64,000 nt of DNA from an uncultured bacterium. GTDB lineage: Bacteria; Abyssobacteria; SURF-5. Of this stretch, positions 1-10,322 are shown piece after piece; the stretch's first letter is position 1; each line of letters begins with the position of its first letter. Where the stretch lies: the NCBI GenBank assembly GCA_964607485.1, contig CAZSKP010000010.1, forward strand, positions 67,451 through 131,450. Reading direction: 5' to 3'. Below the pieces are notes generated by a model, which did not search any database, was not told where the DNA came from, and saw only the letters and a program-made list of their open reading frames with translations. A program made the position numbers and the translations under genes.

Positions 1-567
1 GTCGTCGAGCGCGACCGTCCCTTTTACGAAGAATCGGGCGGCGGCGTGACCGTCTCGGGCGGCGAACCGACACTCCAGTTCGACTTTCTGCTCGACTTCC
101 TCCGAACGGCGAAGGAAGCCGGGCTGAACACGGTGATAGAGACGTGCGGCGCGTTCGCGTGGACCAAATTCAAGAAGCTGCTTCCGCATCTCGACATCAT
201 CTATTTCGACCTGAAGGTAATCGACGAAAAAGAACACAGGCGTCTCACCCGCACGAGCAACAAGCGAATACTCACCAATGCGAGAAAGCTTGTCGAGTCG
301 GGGAAAAGAGTGGTGTTCCGCGTGCCGCTCGTGCCCGGGATGACAGACACGGAACAGAATCTTTCCGACCTCATCGACCTGCTCGGCGAACTCGAGCGGG
401 AGGAAGTCCATCTGCTTCCTTACCACAAGATGGGCGAATCGAAACTTCAGAGAATCGACTCGTCGCTGGAGCCGCTCGACCTGGAGCCGCTCTCCGATGA
501 GTGGCTGGCGGAGATAAGGTCTCGCTTCGAGAGCGCCGGAATCAAGGTCTCGATCGGCGGCGGCTGA
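1..567 (+). CDS. Glycyl-radical enzyme activating protein (radical SAM, PflA family), 5' truncated by the window edge
   Basis: Frame is open from base 1 (VVERDRPFYEESGGGVTVSGGEP). It also has IETCG, YFDLK, RVPLVPG and LLPYH, all typical of GRE activases. The CxxxCxxC motif would lie upstream of the window. Confidence 0.9.
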   Translation, partial: VVERDRPFYEESGGGVTVSGGEPTLQFDFLLDFLRTAKEAGLNTVIETCGAFAWTKFKKLLPHLDIIYFDLKVIDEKEHRRLTRTSNKRILTNARKLVESGKRVVFRVPLVPGMTDTEQNLSDLIDLLGELEREEVHLLPYHKMGESKLQRIDSSLEPLDLEPLSDEWLAEIRSRFESAGIKVSIGGG

Positions 568-607
568 GGTCGCTCAGCCTCTTGAGACCCAGGATTGCGC
601 CGGAGGC

Positions 608-3229
608 GTGTATGGTCGAGCGTTCGGGAGGACGGCATTCTTAATGCGCGCAGGCGCGGAACAGAGACGATGCATCCGCATCGCGGTCGCGATACTCTCC
701 ATCTTCACCGTGTTGTGCGCTCGCAATATTCTCGACTACTCTCCTACCTACGATGAACCGACGTTTCTTCACGTCGGGGAGGAGCTTGCCTCCGGCCAGG
801 GCTGGCGTACGGAAGTGAGCGTGGTCCATGCGCCGCTGTCGTTCTATACCCACGGGCTACTGCTGAAACCTTTTCGCTTTGAGGACGAGACGCAGAGGCT
901 GCGCTGGGCGCGCGCGACGATGCTAGTGTACGCGTTGGCGATGGGAGCTTTGGTGTTCGTCTGGGCATCAGAGCTCTTCGGCGCGCCGGCCGGAATCGTG
1001 GCTCTCTCGCTGTATTGCTTCGACTCGAACATTCTCGCCCACTCCTCACTCATAACGACCGACATCATTCATGCGTGCTTCAGCCTCTTCCTGCTGTACT
1101 TCTTCTGGCGGTACATGAGCGAGGGAAGAAGACGATGGGTGGTTGCGTCGGGAGTAAGTCTGGGACTGGCGCTGCTCTCGAAGTACTCGGCCGTCCTCTG
1201 GTTCGCTCTGCTGCCCGTGATGGGGGCAGTGTTGCTCGTCCGGGACTTTTTGAAGAAGCGCCAAGGAAAAGCCGTCGAATCGCAATGCCCGACGCCCAGG
1301 GGTTTTGTCCTGGGCGTACTCGCGATTTTCCTCCTGGCCATCCTGATTCTGAATATCGGCTATGGATTCACGGGCAGTTTTGTGCCCCTCGGAGCCAACC
1401 ACTACCAGAGCCGTCTGCTCGCAGCACTGTCCGATCATCCATTGACCTCAAAAGTACCCGTGCCGGCTCCGTTTCCGTTCATGAGGGGCTTCGACAGGCA
1501 GAAGTACATATCCGAAGTCGGCCACCCCTCGTTTCTGGCGGGCATGCATTCGACAAAAGGATGGTGGTACTATTACTTGGCATGCTTCCTGTTGAAGATG
1601 CCCACTGCGTTTTGGCCGATTCTGGCGTGGGCGGCGGTCGTTATACTGCGGCGACGGGACGGGCCGAGAAGGGCCGCTGAATTCATCCTGCTCTTCTCCT
1701 CGCTCGCGATAGTGGGCGCCAGCAGCTTCTTGAGCAAGAGCCAGGCCGGCTTCAGGTACGTGCTCACATCCGTTCCACCTTTGTTTGTGCTCGGAGGCGC
1801 CGCCGCGACGGATGCGACCGCCCGGTGGAAACGGCCTGCATTGGCAGGGTTGATGTTCCTTTATGTTGCGCCCGCGGTGTGGGTTCATCCGCATCATATC
1901 GCCTATTTCAGCGAGCTCGTGGGAGGGCCCAAGAGCGGCTACAAGTGGCTCTCCGACTCGAACCTCGATTGGGGGCAGGACCTCGGACGCGCGCGCGAGT
2001 ACGTCGCGAAATCCGATGTGTCGGTCACAGTGAACCCGGGGATGATGCCTGTGTCCGGCCGGATTCTCATCAATGCGACGTCCTTGCAGGATTGTTTTGC
2101 GACCTATGACATCCACGGATGGCTCAGACCGTTCAAGCCCGTCGACTACGTGGGCTACTCGTGGCTGGTGTTCGACGTGAATGAGAATGCCGTCGCGAAT
2201 CGGTCGCGTGAGACGGGAGGGTTGCCCGACGAGTACTATTTCGGCACATTCGAGTACGCGCGCGACCGGTTTCAGAGCGCCGAACGGCTCGCCGGGGCGA
2301 CGCTGGCCGCACACCCCGGGCTGCCTGAGGGATTGTATCTGCTCGGCGTATCCAAGCTGGCGCTCGGAGAACTCGACGCAGCCGTCGAGGCGCTCGATGC
2401 GGTTCCGGCGACGCATCCCTTCTACGTGGACGCAAGGGCCGACCTGTCATTCATCGCGGCCCTCCAGGGGAGAAGCGACGCGAGCAGGACTTTCTGGAAG
2501 CAGTCGTCGATAGAAGACACGCTGAGGGCCTACGCGGAGAGGCCGGCGCTCGACGTGGAGGAATATTCTGGACTGTCGGCGGCGGACCCGGGAGATTGGA
2601 CGTTCCACAACAACCTCGGGGTCTCCCTGTGGGCCGAGGGAATGCTTCCCGAAGCTGAGGCGGAAATCCGTCTGGCCGTGGATATTCAGCCCAACTTCGT
2701 CGAGGCGTTGGGAAACCTCGCGATAGTGCTCGAGGAACGCGGACTCTTCGAGGAAGCTTTACGGGCGCAGACGCAATACAATTCCGATTTTCTACTGCTT
2801 CGCGCGTCGCCCTATCGGGATTATCGCGTGTATTATGAAGACACGCGAGTGATGATGGGAGATACGCTGGAAGTGTACCCCAAGGCCGACGAAGACGCGC
2901 TGCGGCTCAAGGCGCACCTGGCCCGGCACCCGTCCGATGTCTCGGCGCTGAACCGGTTGGGGGTTGTGTTGATGAGAAATGGCCGCTTCGGCGAGGCCTA
3001 CGAGAACCTCAACCGCGCTCTTGCTCTCAGCCCGGCCTCCAGCGCGTTGTACACCAACCTCGCCGTGCTGTATACTGAAAAATGCATGCTTTCCCGCGCC
3101 CTCGACGCGTGCGAGCGGGCAGTGGAAATGGACGCTCAGAACGAATCCGCGGCGCAGCTGCTTTCCTCCATTCGCAGGAGGCTGGCGAGTTCGAGAAACG
3201 ATGGGGCCGGTAGCAGACATTCTGAATAG
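608..3229 (+). CDS. ArnT/PMT-like (GT-C fold) membrane glycosyltransferase with C-terminal TPR repeats
   Basis: TYDEP acidic motif after the first TM helix, many TM helices, LALLSKYS, DSNLDWGQD, and TPR-like repeats (HNNLG, LGNLA, LNRLG, YTNLA). The start may be the ATG at 644. Confidence 0.75.
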   Translation: MYGRAFGRTAFLMRAGAEQRRCIRIAVAILSIFTVLCARNILDYSPTYDEPTFLHVGEELASGQGWRTEVSVVHAPLSFYTHGLLLKPFRFEDETQRLRWARATMLVYALAMGALVFVWASELFGAPAGIVALSLYCFDSNILAHSSLITTDIIHACFSLFLLYFFWRYMSEGRRRWVVASGVSLGLALLSKYSAVLWFALLPVMGAVLLVRDFLKKRQGKAVESQCPTPRGFVLGVLAIFLLAILILNIGYGFTGSFVPLGANHYQSRLLAALSDHPLTSKVPVPAPFPFMRGFDRQKYISEVGHPSFLAGMHSTKGWWYYYLACFLLKMPTAFWPILAWAAVVILRRRDGPRRAAEFILLFSSLAIVGASSFLSKSQAGFRYVLTSVPPLFVLGGAAATDATARWKRPALAGLMFLYVAPAVWVHPHHIAYFSELVGGPKSGYKWLSDSNLDWGQDLGRAREYVAKSDVSVTVNPGMMPVSGRILINATSLQDCFATYDIHGWLRPFKPVDYVGYSWLVFDVNENAVANRSRETGGLPDEYYFGTFEYARDRFQSAERLAGATLAAHPGLPEGLYLLGVSKLALGELDAAVEALDAVPATHPFYVDARADLSFIAALQGRSDASRTFWKQSSIEDTLRAYAERPALDVEEYSGLSAADPGDWTFHNNLGVSLWAEGMLPEAEAEIRLAVDIQPNFVEALGNLAIVLEERGLFEEALRAQTQYNSDFLLLRASPYRDYRVYYEDTRVMMGDTLEVYPKADEDALRLKAHLARHPSDVSALNRLGVVLMRNGRFGEAYENLNRALALSPASSALYTNLAVLYTEKCMLSRALDACERAVEMDAQNESAAQLLSSIRRRLASSRNDGAGSRHSE

Positions 3230-3265
3230 CAGGCGCAAGATACCTGAAGCCCTCGGGGGAAAGGT

Positions 3266-4957
3266 TTGAACGCAACGAGCGGAAAGGGTTCTCTTGGTTC
3301 TTCGCCCTGGGCTCACGCGGGCTTCGTGCTTGTGCTGGCGGCCGCCGCTCTGCTCGCGTACTCGAACAACTTCACGGCGGAATTCGTGTACGACGATTAT
3401 CCGTTCATATTGGAAAACCCGGCCGTCAGGACCCTCTCGAACCCAAGCCGCTTCTTTTTCGACAGGGAATCGTTCTCCAATAAGGGAGAATACATCATCT
3501 ACCGTCCGCTGGCGACGCTGAGCTTCGCGCTCAACTACCGGCTGAGCGGTTACAATCCCGCATCGTACCACGCAGTCAACATCGCGCTACACGTTGCCTG
3601 CGGGCTGGCGCTCTACCTGTTTATGTTCTCCGTGTTTTCGGATGCGTTGTTCGCCTTCTTTGTTTCGCTCTTGTTCCTCCTCCATCCCGTGCAGACGGAG
3701 GCCGTGGCGTGGGTGTCCGGTCGGAGTAACTCGATGTTCCTCTTCTTTCTGCTGCTTGCCGTCATATGCTATGGGAGGTGGTCGGCGAACGCGCCACGAG
3801 GCATGATCTTCTACGGCCTGGCGTTATTGTTCGCTGCCCTCTCACTTCTGTCAAAAGAGATGGCGATTGTGCTGCCTTTTCTCTTGATAGTGTATGATGT
3901 ATCGGTGAACAGGCCGACGATGAGGGAGCGGTGGAGGGTACGGCTAATGGCCGTTATGCCGTTTCTGGCCCTCTCGTTCGCCTACGTGATTCTGCGCCAT
4001 CTGGTGCTCGGAGAGACGAGACAGGCAGACTATTGGGGCGGAGGCGTATGGCCGACGCTTCTTACGATGACGGAGGCTTTCGCCTATTATGTTCGTCTGA
4101 TGTTTGTCCCCAGGCCCCTCATGGTCGAATACGTCGTGTCATTGGCGAGGTCCCCGCTTCAGGCGACGGCCGCGGTTTCGATTCTGGCACTCTTGATTAT
4201 TCTGGTAATTTGTGTCTCCAGCTATCGGAGGAAGTCGATTCTCTTTTTCGGCATTGCGTGGTTCTTTGTCTCGCTGTTGCCTGTATCAAACATAGTGCCC
4301 CTCAAGGCAGTCATAAACGAACGATTTCTCTACCTGCCCTCGATAGGATTCTGCCTGGTTCTGGCATCCCCAATTCTGAGCGGGCGGTCGGAATCGAGCA
4401 AAGGCGCGCTTGGGGGAATAGTGGCGGCGCTCCTTCTGATAGCTCTGTGCTACGGAACGCTGACATTCGATAGAAATCGGGACTGGCACGATTCGCTTTC
4501 CCTGTGGACGGCATCGGTCAAAGCTTCGCCAGCCGGGCCGACGTCACGGTACAACTTGGGGGTAGAGCTTCACCGGCGCGGCCGAGACGATGAGGCAATT
4601 GAGCAACTCAAACTCGCATGCCTGCTCCGAGACCCATTCCCTGTCGCGCACGGGTTGTTGGGCAATATTTATTCTGCTCAAGGAAAGTATGCGGCCGCGA
4701 TAGAGGAATACGAGATTGGCCTCGCGCAGGCGCCCGACGACGCTCGGCTGAGACACAATCTGGCGATGGCATGGTTCGAAAAAGGCAAGGCACAAGCCGG
4801 GCACAACGAAATCGAAGCGGCGGCGTGGAGTTTTCTTACGGCGCTGAAGTACGAGCCGAACTTCGAGCCCGCGATGAAGGCGCTTGAAGAACTTCGCAAA
4901 GGCGTCGAGGCCGAACGTTTTCCCCAAACCGACCCCAAGCCACGAAAGGCGTACTGA
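3266..4957 (+). CDS. TMTC-like (DUF1736-type) membrane glycosyltransferase with TPR repeats
   Basis: FVYDD, YRPL, HPVQTEAVAWVSGR, LLSKE and ERFLYLPS match the TMTC O-mannosyltransferase-like pattern. C-terminal TPRs follow. Confidence 0.8.
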   Translation: MNATSGKGSLGSSPWAHAGFVLVLAAAALLAYSNNFTAEFVYDDYPFILENPAVRTLSNPSRFFFDRESFSNKGEYIIYRPLATLSFALNYRLSGYNPASYHAVNIALHVACGLALYLFMFSVFSDALFAFFVSLLFLLHPVQTEAVAWVSGRSNSMFLFFLLLAVICYGRWSANAPRGMIFYGLALLFAALSLLSKEMAIVLPFLLIVYDVSVNRPTMRERWRVRLMAVMPFLALSFAYVILRHLVLGETRQADYWGGGVWPTLLTMTEAFAYYVRLMFVPRPLMVEYVVSLARSPLQATAAVSILALLIILVICVSSYRRKSILFFGIAWFFVSLLPVSNIVPLKAVINERFLYLPSIGFCLVLASPILSGRSESSKGALGGIVAALLLIALCYGTLTFDRNRDWHDSLSLWTASVKASPAGPTSRYNLGVELHRRGRDDEAIEQLKLACLLRDPFPVAHGLLGNIYSAQGKYAAAIEEYEIGLAQAPDDARLRHNLAMAWFEKGKAQAGHNEIEAAAWSFLTALKYEPNFEPAMKALEELRKGVEAERFPQTDPKPRKAY

Positions 4958-5643
4958 TGAAACTGTCGGTCGTCATGCCAGCCTACAATGAGGAACAGAC
5001 GCTCGAAGAAATAGTGGAGAAGGTCCTTGCCGTCGATTTGGAAAAGGAACTGATAATCGTGGACGACGGCAGCACGGACAGGACGCGCGAAATCCTTCGG
5101 GAAAAATTCATGGGCAGGGATGACGTCAGGGTGATTTTCCACGAGAAAAACTCCGGCAAAGGGGCCGCCGTGAGGACCGGTATTTCTCACGCCTCTGGCG
5201 ATATGATTATCATACAGGATGCCGACCTCGAATACGATCCGGCCGACTATCACGCGCTCGTGAAACCGTTGCAGGAAGGAAAGGCGGAGGTGGTGTACGG
5301 CTCGAGGGTGAAGGGAAGCAACTTCCGCCATCGGTACACCCTGAACCTTTTCGCCGCCAGGCTGCTGAGTGTTATGTCGAACGTGCTGTTCGGGCTGGCA
5401 ATAACCGACGAACCCACCTGCTACAAACTTTTCAAGGCCGACGTCATCAAGTCGATCGAGTTCAATGGCAACGGATTCGAGTGGGAGCCCGAAGTCACGG
5501 CCAAGCTGGGGAAAAGGGGCGTGAAGATATTCGAGGTTCCGATAAGCTACTATTCGCGCACAATCAAAGAAGGCAAGAAGATCAAGTGGATAGACGGCGT
5601 CAAAGCGATTTGGACGCTGATAAAATATCGTTTCGTCGATTGA
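4957..5643 (+). CDS. GT2 glycosyltransferase, polyprenol-phosphate sugar (DPM1-like) synthase
   Basis: VVMPAYNE, VDDGSTD, GKGAA, QDADLEYDP, VYGSR and EVPISY motifs. The ATG overlaps the upstream TGA. Confidence 0.88.
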   Translation: MKLSVVMPAYNEEQTLEEIVEKVLAVDLEKELIIVDDGSTDRTREILREKFMGRDDVRVIFHEKNSGKGAAVRTGISHASGDMIIIQDADLEYDPADYHALVKPLQEGKAEVVYGSRVKGSNFRHRYTLNLFAARLLSVMSNVLFGLAITDEPTCYKLFKADVIKSIEFNGNGFEWEPEVTAKLGKRGVKIFEVPISYYSRTIKEGKKIKWIDGVKAIWTLIKYRFVD

Positions 5644-5683
5644 TTCTTTCGAGGCGCAGCACTGACCCTGTAATCGAATTGTA

Positions 5684-7855
5684 ATGCAAGACCCTTCCAC
5701 ACCCGGCGGCTCCAGCAGATTGTTGAATCCCTCCGCGCTCATCAGAACGATAACGCTCATAGCGCTTGCGCTGCTCGGCCTGTGCCTGTTTGCGAACAAA
5801 ATCATCGACGCCGACATCTGGTGGCACCTTCGCACGGGGCAATACATCGTCGAGACCCGCACCATCCCCGGCGCCGACATGTATTCGTACACTGCGGGAG
5901 GAAACAGATGGATCGACCTCCACTGGTTGTTCCAGGTAATCCTCTATGTCGTGTACAGCGCTTTGGGTTCATACGGCCTGTCGCTCCTTTTCATCTCGGC
6001 CTTCTCCGCCGCCTTCGTTATCCCCTGGATGGCCCGCCGGGGGGAAAGAAGTCGTCTTCCGACGCTTCTCTTCTTCTGGCTTGCGCTTATGGCAAGCAGC
6101 GCGCGTTTTCTTCCCAGGCCAGAGGCGTTCACCTATCTGATGATTTCCATCTACATGTTCCTGCTGCACGGGTTCGAGCAGGGCCGCTGCAGGCGGAGCA
6201 TCTTCGCGCTGATTCCCCTCCAGGCGATCTGGACAAACATGCAGGGGCTGTTCATCCTCGGGCCGTTTCTCATCGGCGCGTATGCGAGCCAGGCCGTCGT
6301 CGCGCAAGTTGGTTCGCATGCGCTCAAACGCGAACCTGTTCCAGCGCAGCGGGAACGGATGTGGAAGCTCATCGCCTTTTTCCTCGGCTCGATAGCTGCC
6401 TGCATGCTCAATCCATACGGGCTGGAGGGAGTGCTCTTTCCGTTTACGCTGTTCACGAGGGCGGGCGGAATGGAGAACGTGTTCGCGCGCTCCATCGCCG
6501 AGCTCCAGCCGCCGTTTTCCGGCTATAACCTCACGAGCCCCCTAGAATACTTCGGCCTCTTCATTGCGCTCTGCGCCCTTGCGGTCGCACTTGATTTCAG
6601 GCGCCTGAGGCTCAGCCACGTCATCATCTTCGCCGGGACGGCCTACCTCGCGCTGAACGCCAGGCGCAACGTGCCTATCTTCGTGTTCGCGTTTCTGCCG
6701 CTCGCGGTGGAGCACGCGGAGAGCCTTTTCACGCAACTCCGCAGCGCTGGAGGCAGAAGATATCGCCGTGCGATGGACCGGCTGGGCGTCGCCTGCCATG
6801 CGCTCATCTGTGTGGCAATTGTGTTTCAAATCGCGAGCGTGCTGACAAACAGGTACTACATTTCTGACAAGCGGGCCGAAAGGTTCGGGTTTGGGTTCAA
6901 GGAGCAGGCTTTTCCCCACGGCGCATTCGTGTTCCTGAAGGAAAATGGAGTCCGGGGACCCTTCTTCAACAACCTGGACATAGGCGGCATGTTCATCTGG
7001 GAAATGTACCCTGCGGAGCGTGTGTTCATTGACCCGAGGCTCGAGGTCAATTCGGCCGAGACCTTCTCCGAATACTATCGGGCAACATCCGATGCAGACG
7101 CCTTTAGGAGACTCTCGGCCAAATACCGGTTCAACGCGGCCATCATCTCGCACACCTCCCAGGACGCCCTGTACTTGATTCCGCTGATGTATTTCTCTCC
7201 CGATTGGGTGCTGGTGTATTTCGACCCGCTGGCAGCCGTGTTCGTGCGGCGGAGCACGGAGAACGAGGAGATCATCAGGGAGAACGCGGTTGACATAATG
7301 CGCGACGAGATTCCGGTCTTCGCGCCCGACGATACGCTGAACGACAGCAGCCCCAAGCTGTTGAGAAATGTTTTGGACAAGATTGCCTCCGTGGCGCCGT
7401 CCGATACCGAGGCGCAGAATCGGTTCAGCCTCGCGCTCGTCTTTTTGGTAATAGGCCAGAACGAGCGGGCCGTGCAACAGCTAAAAGCGGGGTTCGAGCT
7501 GGCGCCCTCCTCGCCCGAGGCGTATTACAATCTTGGGCTGGCGTATGACCGCATGGGAGAGAAGGAATTGGCCGAGCGATATTACAAGAGAGCCATCCAG
7601 CTCGACGGCCGCCATGCCTCCGCGCACACCAACCTGGGAAGAATCTATGATGAGCGCGGGCTTAAGAAGGAGGCCGAGAAGGAATACAGGCTTGCGATAA
7701 AGTGGGGAGGGGATAAGCCTATTCCGCTCTACAATCTGGGGGCTCTCTGTTACGAGCGTGGCGACCGCGAAGCCGCGCGCAAATATTGGCGGCGTGCGCT
7801 CAAGGCCGATCCTACGTTCATACCCGCAAGCGAGGCGCTGAAGAACCTGAATTAG
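5684..7855 (+). CDS. Multi-TM membrane protein (probable GT-C fold) with C-terminal TPR repeats
   Basis: DADIWWHLRTG after TM1, RPE, W-x-N-x-x-G and FIDPR motifs, and about four TPRs (YYNLG, HTNLG, LYNLG). Confidence 0.65.
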   Translation: MQDPSTPGGSSRLLNPSALIRTITLIALALLGLCLFANKIIDADIWWHLRTGQYIVETRTIPGADMYSYTAGGNRWIDLHWLFQVILYVVYSALGSYGLSLLFISAFSAAFVIPWMARRGERSRLPTLLFFWLALMASSARFLPRPEAFTYLMISIYMFLLHGFEQGRCRRSIFALIPLQAIWTNMQGLFILGPFLIGAYASQAVVAQVGSHALKREPVPAQRERMWKLIAFFLGSIAACMLNPYGLEGVLFPFTLFTRAGGMENVFARSIAELQPPFSGYNLTSPLEYFGLFIALCALAVALDFRRLRLSHVIIFAGTAYLALNARRNVPIFVFAFLPLAVEHAESLFTQLRSAGGRRYRRAMDRLGVACHALICVAIVFQIASVLTNRYYISDKRAERFGFGFKEQAFPHGAFVFLKENGVRGPFFNNLDIGGMFIWEMYPAERVFIDPRLEVNSAETFSEYYRATSDADAFRRLSAKYRFNAAIISHTSQDALYLIPLMYFSPDWVLVYFDPLAAVFVRRSTENEEIIRENAVDIMRDEIPVFAPDDTLNDSSPKLLRNVLDKIASVAPSDTEAQNRFSLALVFLVIGQNERAVQQLKAGFELAPSSPEAYYNLGLAYDRMGEKELAERYYKRAIQLDGRHASAHTNLGRIYDERGLKKEAEKEYRLAIKWGGDKPIPLYNLGALCYERGDREAARKYWRRALKADPTFIPASEALKNLN

Positions 7856-7861
7856 GAAAGC

Positions 7862-9340
7862 TTATCCGTGTCCGTCGCTCAGGTATCGGCTGCGCTCGAC
7901 CATCCGCGCCAACACCCCGGCGGCCCTGTCGGGAGTGGGATAAATGAGCACCCCGTTCTCCTCCAGCGCGAGCACCGACGGATTCCTGACCGCGCGCGAG
8001 CCGACGACGGTTTCGGCAGCCACGACGACGGGCTTGCGATACTTGTCCAGCAGCTCGACCATTCCACGCGCAGAGTTCATGTCTTCCTCGACGAACAGGT
8101 CGGAGAGCTGGCGCAGGTTGTAACGGTCGGCAAACTTCGATTCTCTGAATGTCTGCCCCCTGAGGGTCGAGAACCCGACGGCTCCCAGCGCCACGACGCC
8201 GTCAACGTAGTCGCAGCGGAGCATCGTCTCCACGCAGTTGATGAAATCGCCGCGCCTCAAGCCCGCAACCAGGTCGACCGGGTTGTTGCGGCTCCACCAT
8301 GCCGGGAGAATCTCGTCGAGAGCCTCGAGGGTCTCGGGCCTCAGCTTCACAACATCCAGGCCGACGCGCGAGCATGCATCGGCGGCGAGAACGCCCCAGC
8401 CGCCGCCTGCGGCGACTATGCCGACGCGGTTGCCCCTCGGGAGAGGCTGACGAAGCATCGCCCTCGCCGTGTCGAACATCTGTTCGATGTCCTCGACGCG
8501 CGTTATTCCCGCCTGTCGGCACATCGCATCGAACACATCATCCGAACCCGCGAGCGAACCCGTATGTGAGCGGGCGGCCTCACTGCCCGCATCGGTCCGG
8601 CCCGACTTTATCATGATTATCGGTTTCTTCCGGGAAACCTTCCGGGCCGTTTCAAACAACCTGCGTCCGCCGTGCGAGCCTTCCACGTACGATAGGATGA
8701 CATGCGTATCGGGGTCCTCTCCGAAATATTCGAGGTAGTCCTCCGTGCGGAGGTCGGCCTCGTTGCCGGAGCTGATAAACTTGTTGAATCCCATCTCGCG
8801 GTCGAGGCTGAACCGCAGCATCGAGCCGCCGACGTTGCCGCTCTGAGACACCATCGAGATATGGCCCGGCTTGGGGAAGAAGGGGGGCATGATGGCATAG
8901 AGACTGGCCGAATTCACGCTCATGACGCCCGCGCAGTTGGGTCCGGCCAGAACCATTCCCCCCGCCTTGGCGATGCGCACCATCTCGCGCTGCATCTCCT
9001 TCTCTTTTTCTCCGAGCTCGCCGAAGCCGGCGGTTATCACGACACCCGCGGGGATGCGCTTTTCCACGCACTGCCTGACCACAGGCAGCACGTGAGGAGG
9101 CGGAACGACGATCATTGCAAGGTCGATGGTATCGGGCACATCGAGGACGCTCTTGTATGCGCGCAAGCCCATCACTTCCTTCTCCCGCGGATTGATGGGG
9201 TACACGCGGCCCTTGTAGCCGCCATCGATCAAGTTGAAAAGGATGAAGAACCCCCATTTCGCCACCGTGTTCGAGGCTCCGACAAACGCAATGGAGCGCG
9301 GGTTGAAGAGGGGCGCAAATTTCTCAAGTATCTCTGACAT
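7862..9340 (-). CDS. ADP-forming acyl/acetate-CoA ligase, alpha (CoA-binding) subunit
   Basis: FNPRSIAFVGAS, GPNC, SQSG, SSGNEAD, the phospho-His motif SHTGSLAG, and NPVD. Start set at MSEILEK (9340). Confidence 0.88.
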   Translation of the reverse strand: MSEILEKFAPLFNPRSIAFVGASNTVAKWGFFILFNLIDGGYKGRVYPINPREKEVMGLRAYKSVLDVPDTIDLAMIVVPPPHVLPVVRQCVEKRIPAGVVITAGFGELGEKEKEMQREMVRIAKAGGMVLAGPNCAGVMSVNSASLYAIMPPFFPKPGHISMVSQSGNVGGSMLRFSLDREMGFNKFISSGNEADLRTEDYLEYFGEDPDTHVILSYVEGSHGGRRLFETARKVSRKKPIIMIKSGRTDAGSEAARSHTGSLAGSDDVFDAMCRQAGITRVEDIEQMFDTARAMLRQPLPRGNRVGIVAAGGGWGVLAADACSRVGLDVVKLRPETLEALDEILPAWWSRNNPVDLVAGLRRGDFINCVETMLRCDYVDGVVALGAVGFSTLRGQTFRESKFADRYNLRQLSDLFVEEDMNSARGMVELLDKYRKPVVVAAETVVGSRAVRNPSVLALEENGVLIYPTPDRAAGVLARMVERSRYLSDGHG

Positions 9341-9486
9341 CGGACTTATTCCTGTCTGAAGGGAGCTATAATCAAGGGTGGCACCGTATCGGGGCATTTA
9401 CCGCGCCGGCGACGCGGCGGGAACAAACGGCGAAAGCGCTCGGCGGCCTTCTGTCACAGGACGTCATTCCTGCCTCCAGCCGAACC

Positions 9487-10158
9487 CTACTCGCCCAGCA
9501 CCACCAACGCATCCACGGCAACCGGCTTTGCGCCGGCGATTATGAGAGGATTGACGTCAATTTCCTTGACGGCATCGTGTTCCAAACCGATTTTTCCCAC
9601 GGCGATGAGCACCTGCGCGAGCGCCTTTCGGTCAACGGCGGGCTCGCCTCTGAAGGCGTCGAGGATTTTCCTGCCGGGCAGTTCCTCCATCATCTCGAGC
9701 GCGTCGCGTTCCTCCAGCGGGGCGATGCGGAAGGTGACCTGCTTCAACACCTCGACGAAGATGCCTCCGAGGCCGAGCATGGCGCACGGCCCGAACTGCT
9801 CGTCTCTCGTGAGTCCAACAACGAGCTCGCGGCTGCCCGAGATCATCTCCTGCACGAGAATTCCGTCCAGGGCTTCGCCGGCCCGCTTCGTGATGCCGTC
9901 AAACGCTTCCGTCACCTCTTTCTCATCGCGCAGCTTGAGAGCGATAAGCTGCCTCTCGGTCTTATGGGTAAGCGCGGGCGAGCAGCCCTTCAACACGACC
10001 GGATAGCCCAGCTTCTTGGCAAATTTTACCGCCTCGGCGCTGTCCTTCGCCAGAAATTCGCGTGTCACCGGAATACCGTACGCGCTCAGAACCTGCTTCG
10101 ACTGATATTCGGAAAGTGTTCGCTGTCCTGCCTTCAGGGCCTGGGTAATCGTGTCCAT
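9487..10158 (-). CDS. ADP-forming acyl/acetate-CoA ligase, beta (ATP-grasp) subunit
   Basis: LSEYQSK, GYPVVLK, HKTE, LVQEM, FGP, GLGGIFVE, EIDVNP and VDA motifs. Start set at MDTITQ (10158), which has an SD. Confidence 0.88.
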   Translation of the reverse strand: MDTITQALKAGQRTLSEYQSKQVLSAYGIPVTREFLAKDSAEAVKFAKKLGYPVVLKGCSPALTHKTERQLIALKLRDEKEVTEAFDGITKRAGEALDGILVQEMISGSRELVVGLTRDEQFGPCAMLGLGGIFVEVLKQVTFRIAPLEERDALEMMEELPGRKILDAFRGEPAVDRKALAQVLIAVGKIGLEHDAVKEIDVNPLIIAGAKPVAVDALVVLGE

Positions 10159-10239
10159 AAACTGACGGCTCCTTGTCGTTGACTTAGAAGTCTCAAAAAA
10201 ATATCCAAGAGGGTGCGCGGCGGACTTGCTGGGTTGGGG

Positions 10240-10299
10240 TTGACGCACCGACCGCGCGAATGTAAGATGTATTATACCATCATTCGCTCGATTTCTCAA
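10240..10299. promoter_or_regulatory. Overlapping, oppositely oriented sigma70-type promoters
   Basis: Plus strand: TTGACG (10240-45), N17, TAAGAT (10263-68). Minus strand: TTGAGA (10299-94), N17, TATAAT (10276-71), with an extended TG. Confidence 0.55.
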
Positions 10300-10322
10300 A
10301 GCAAGAGGTTCTGTTCCCACAA

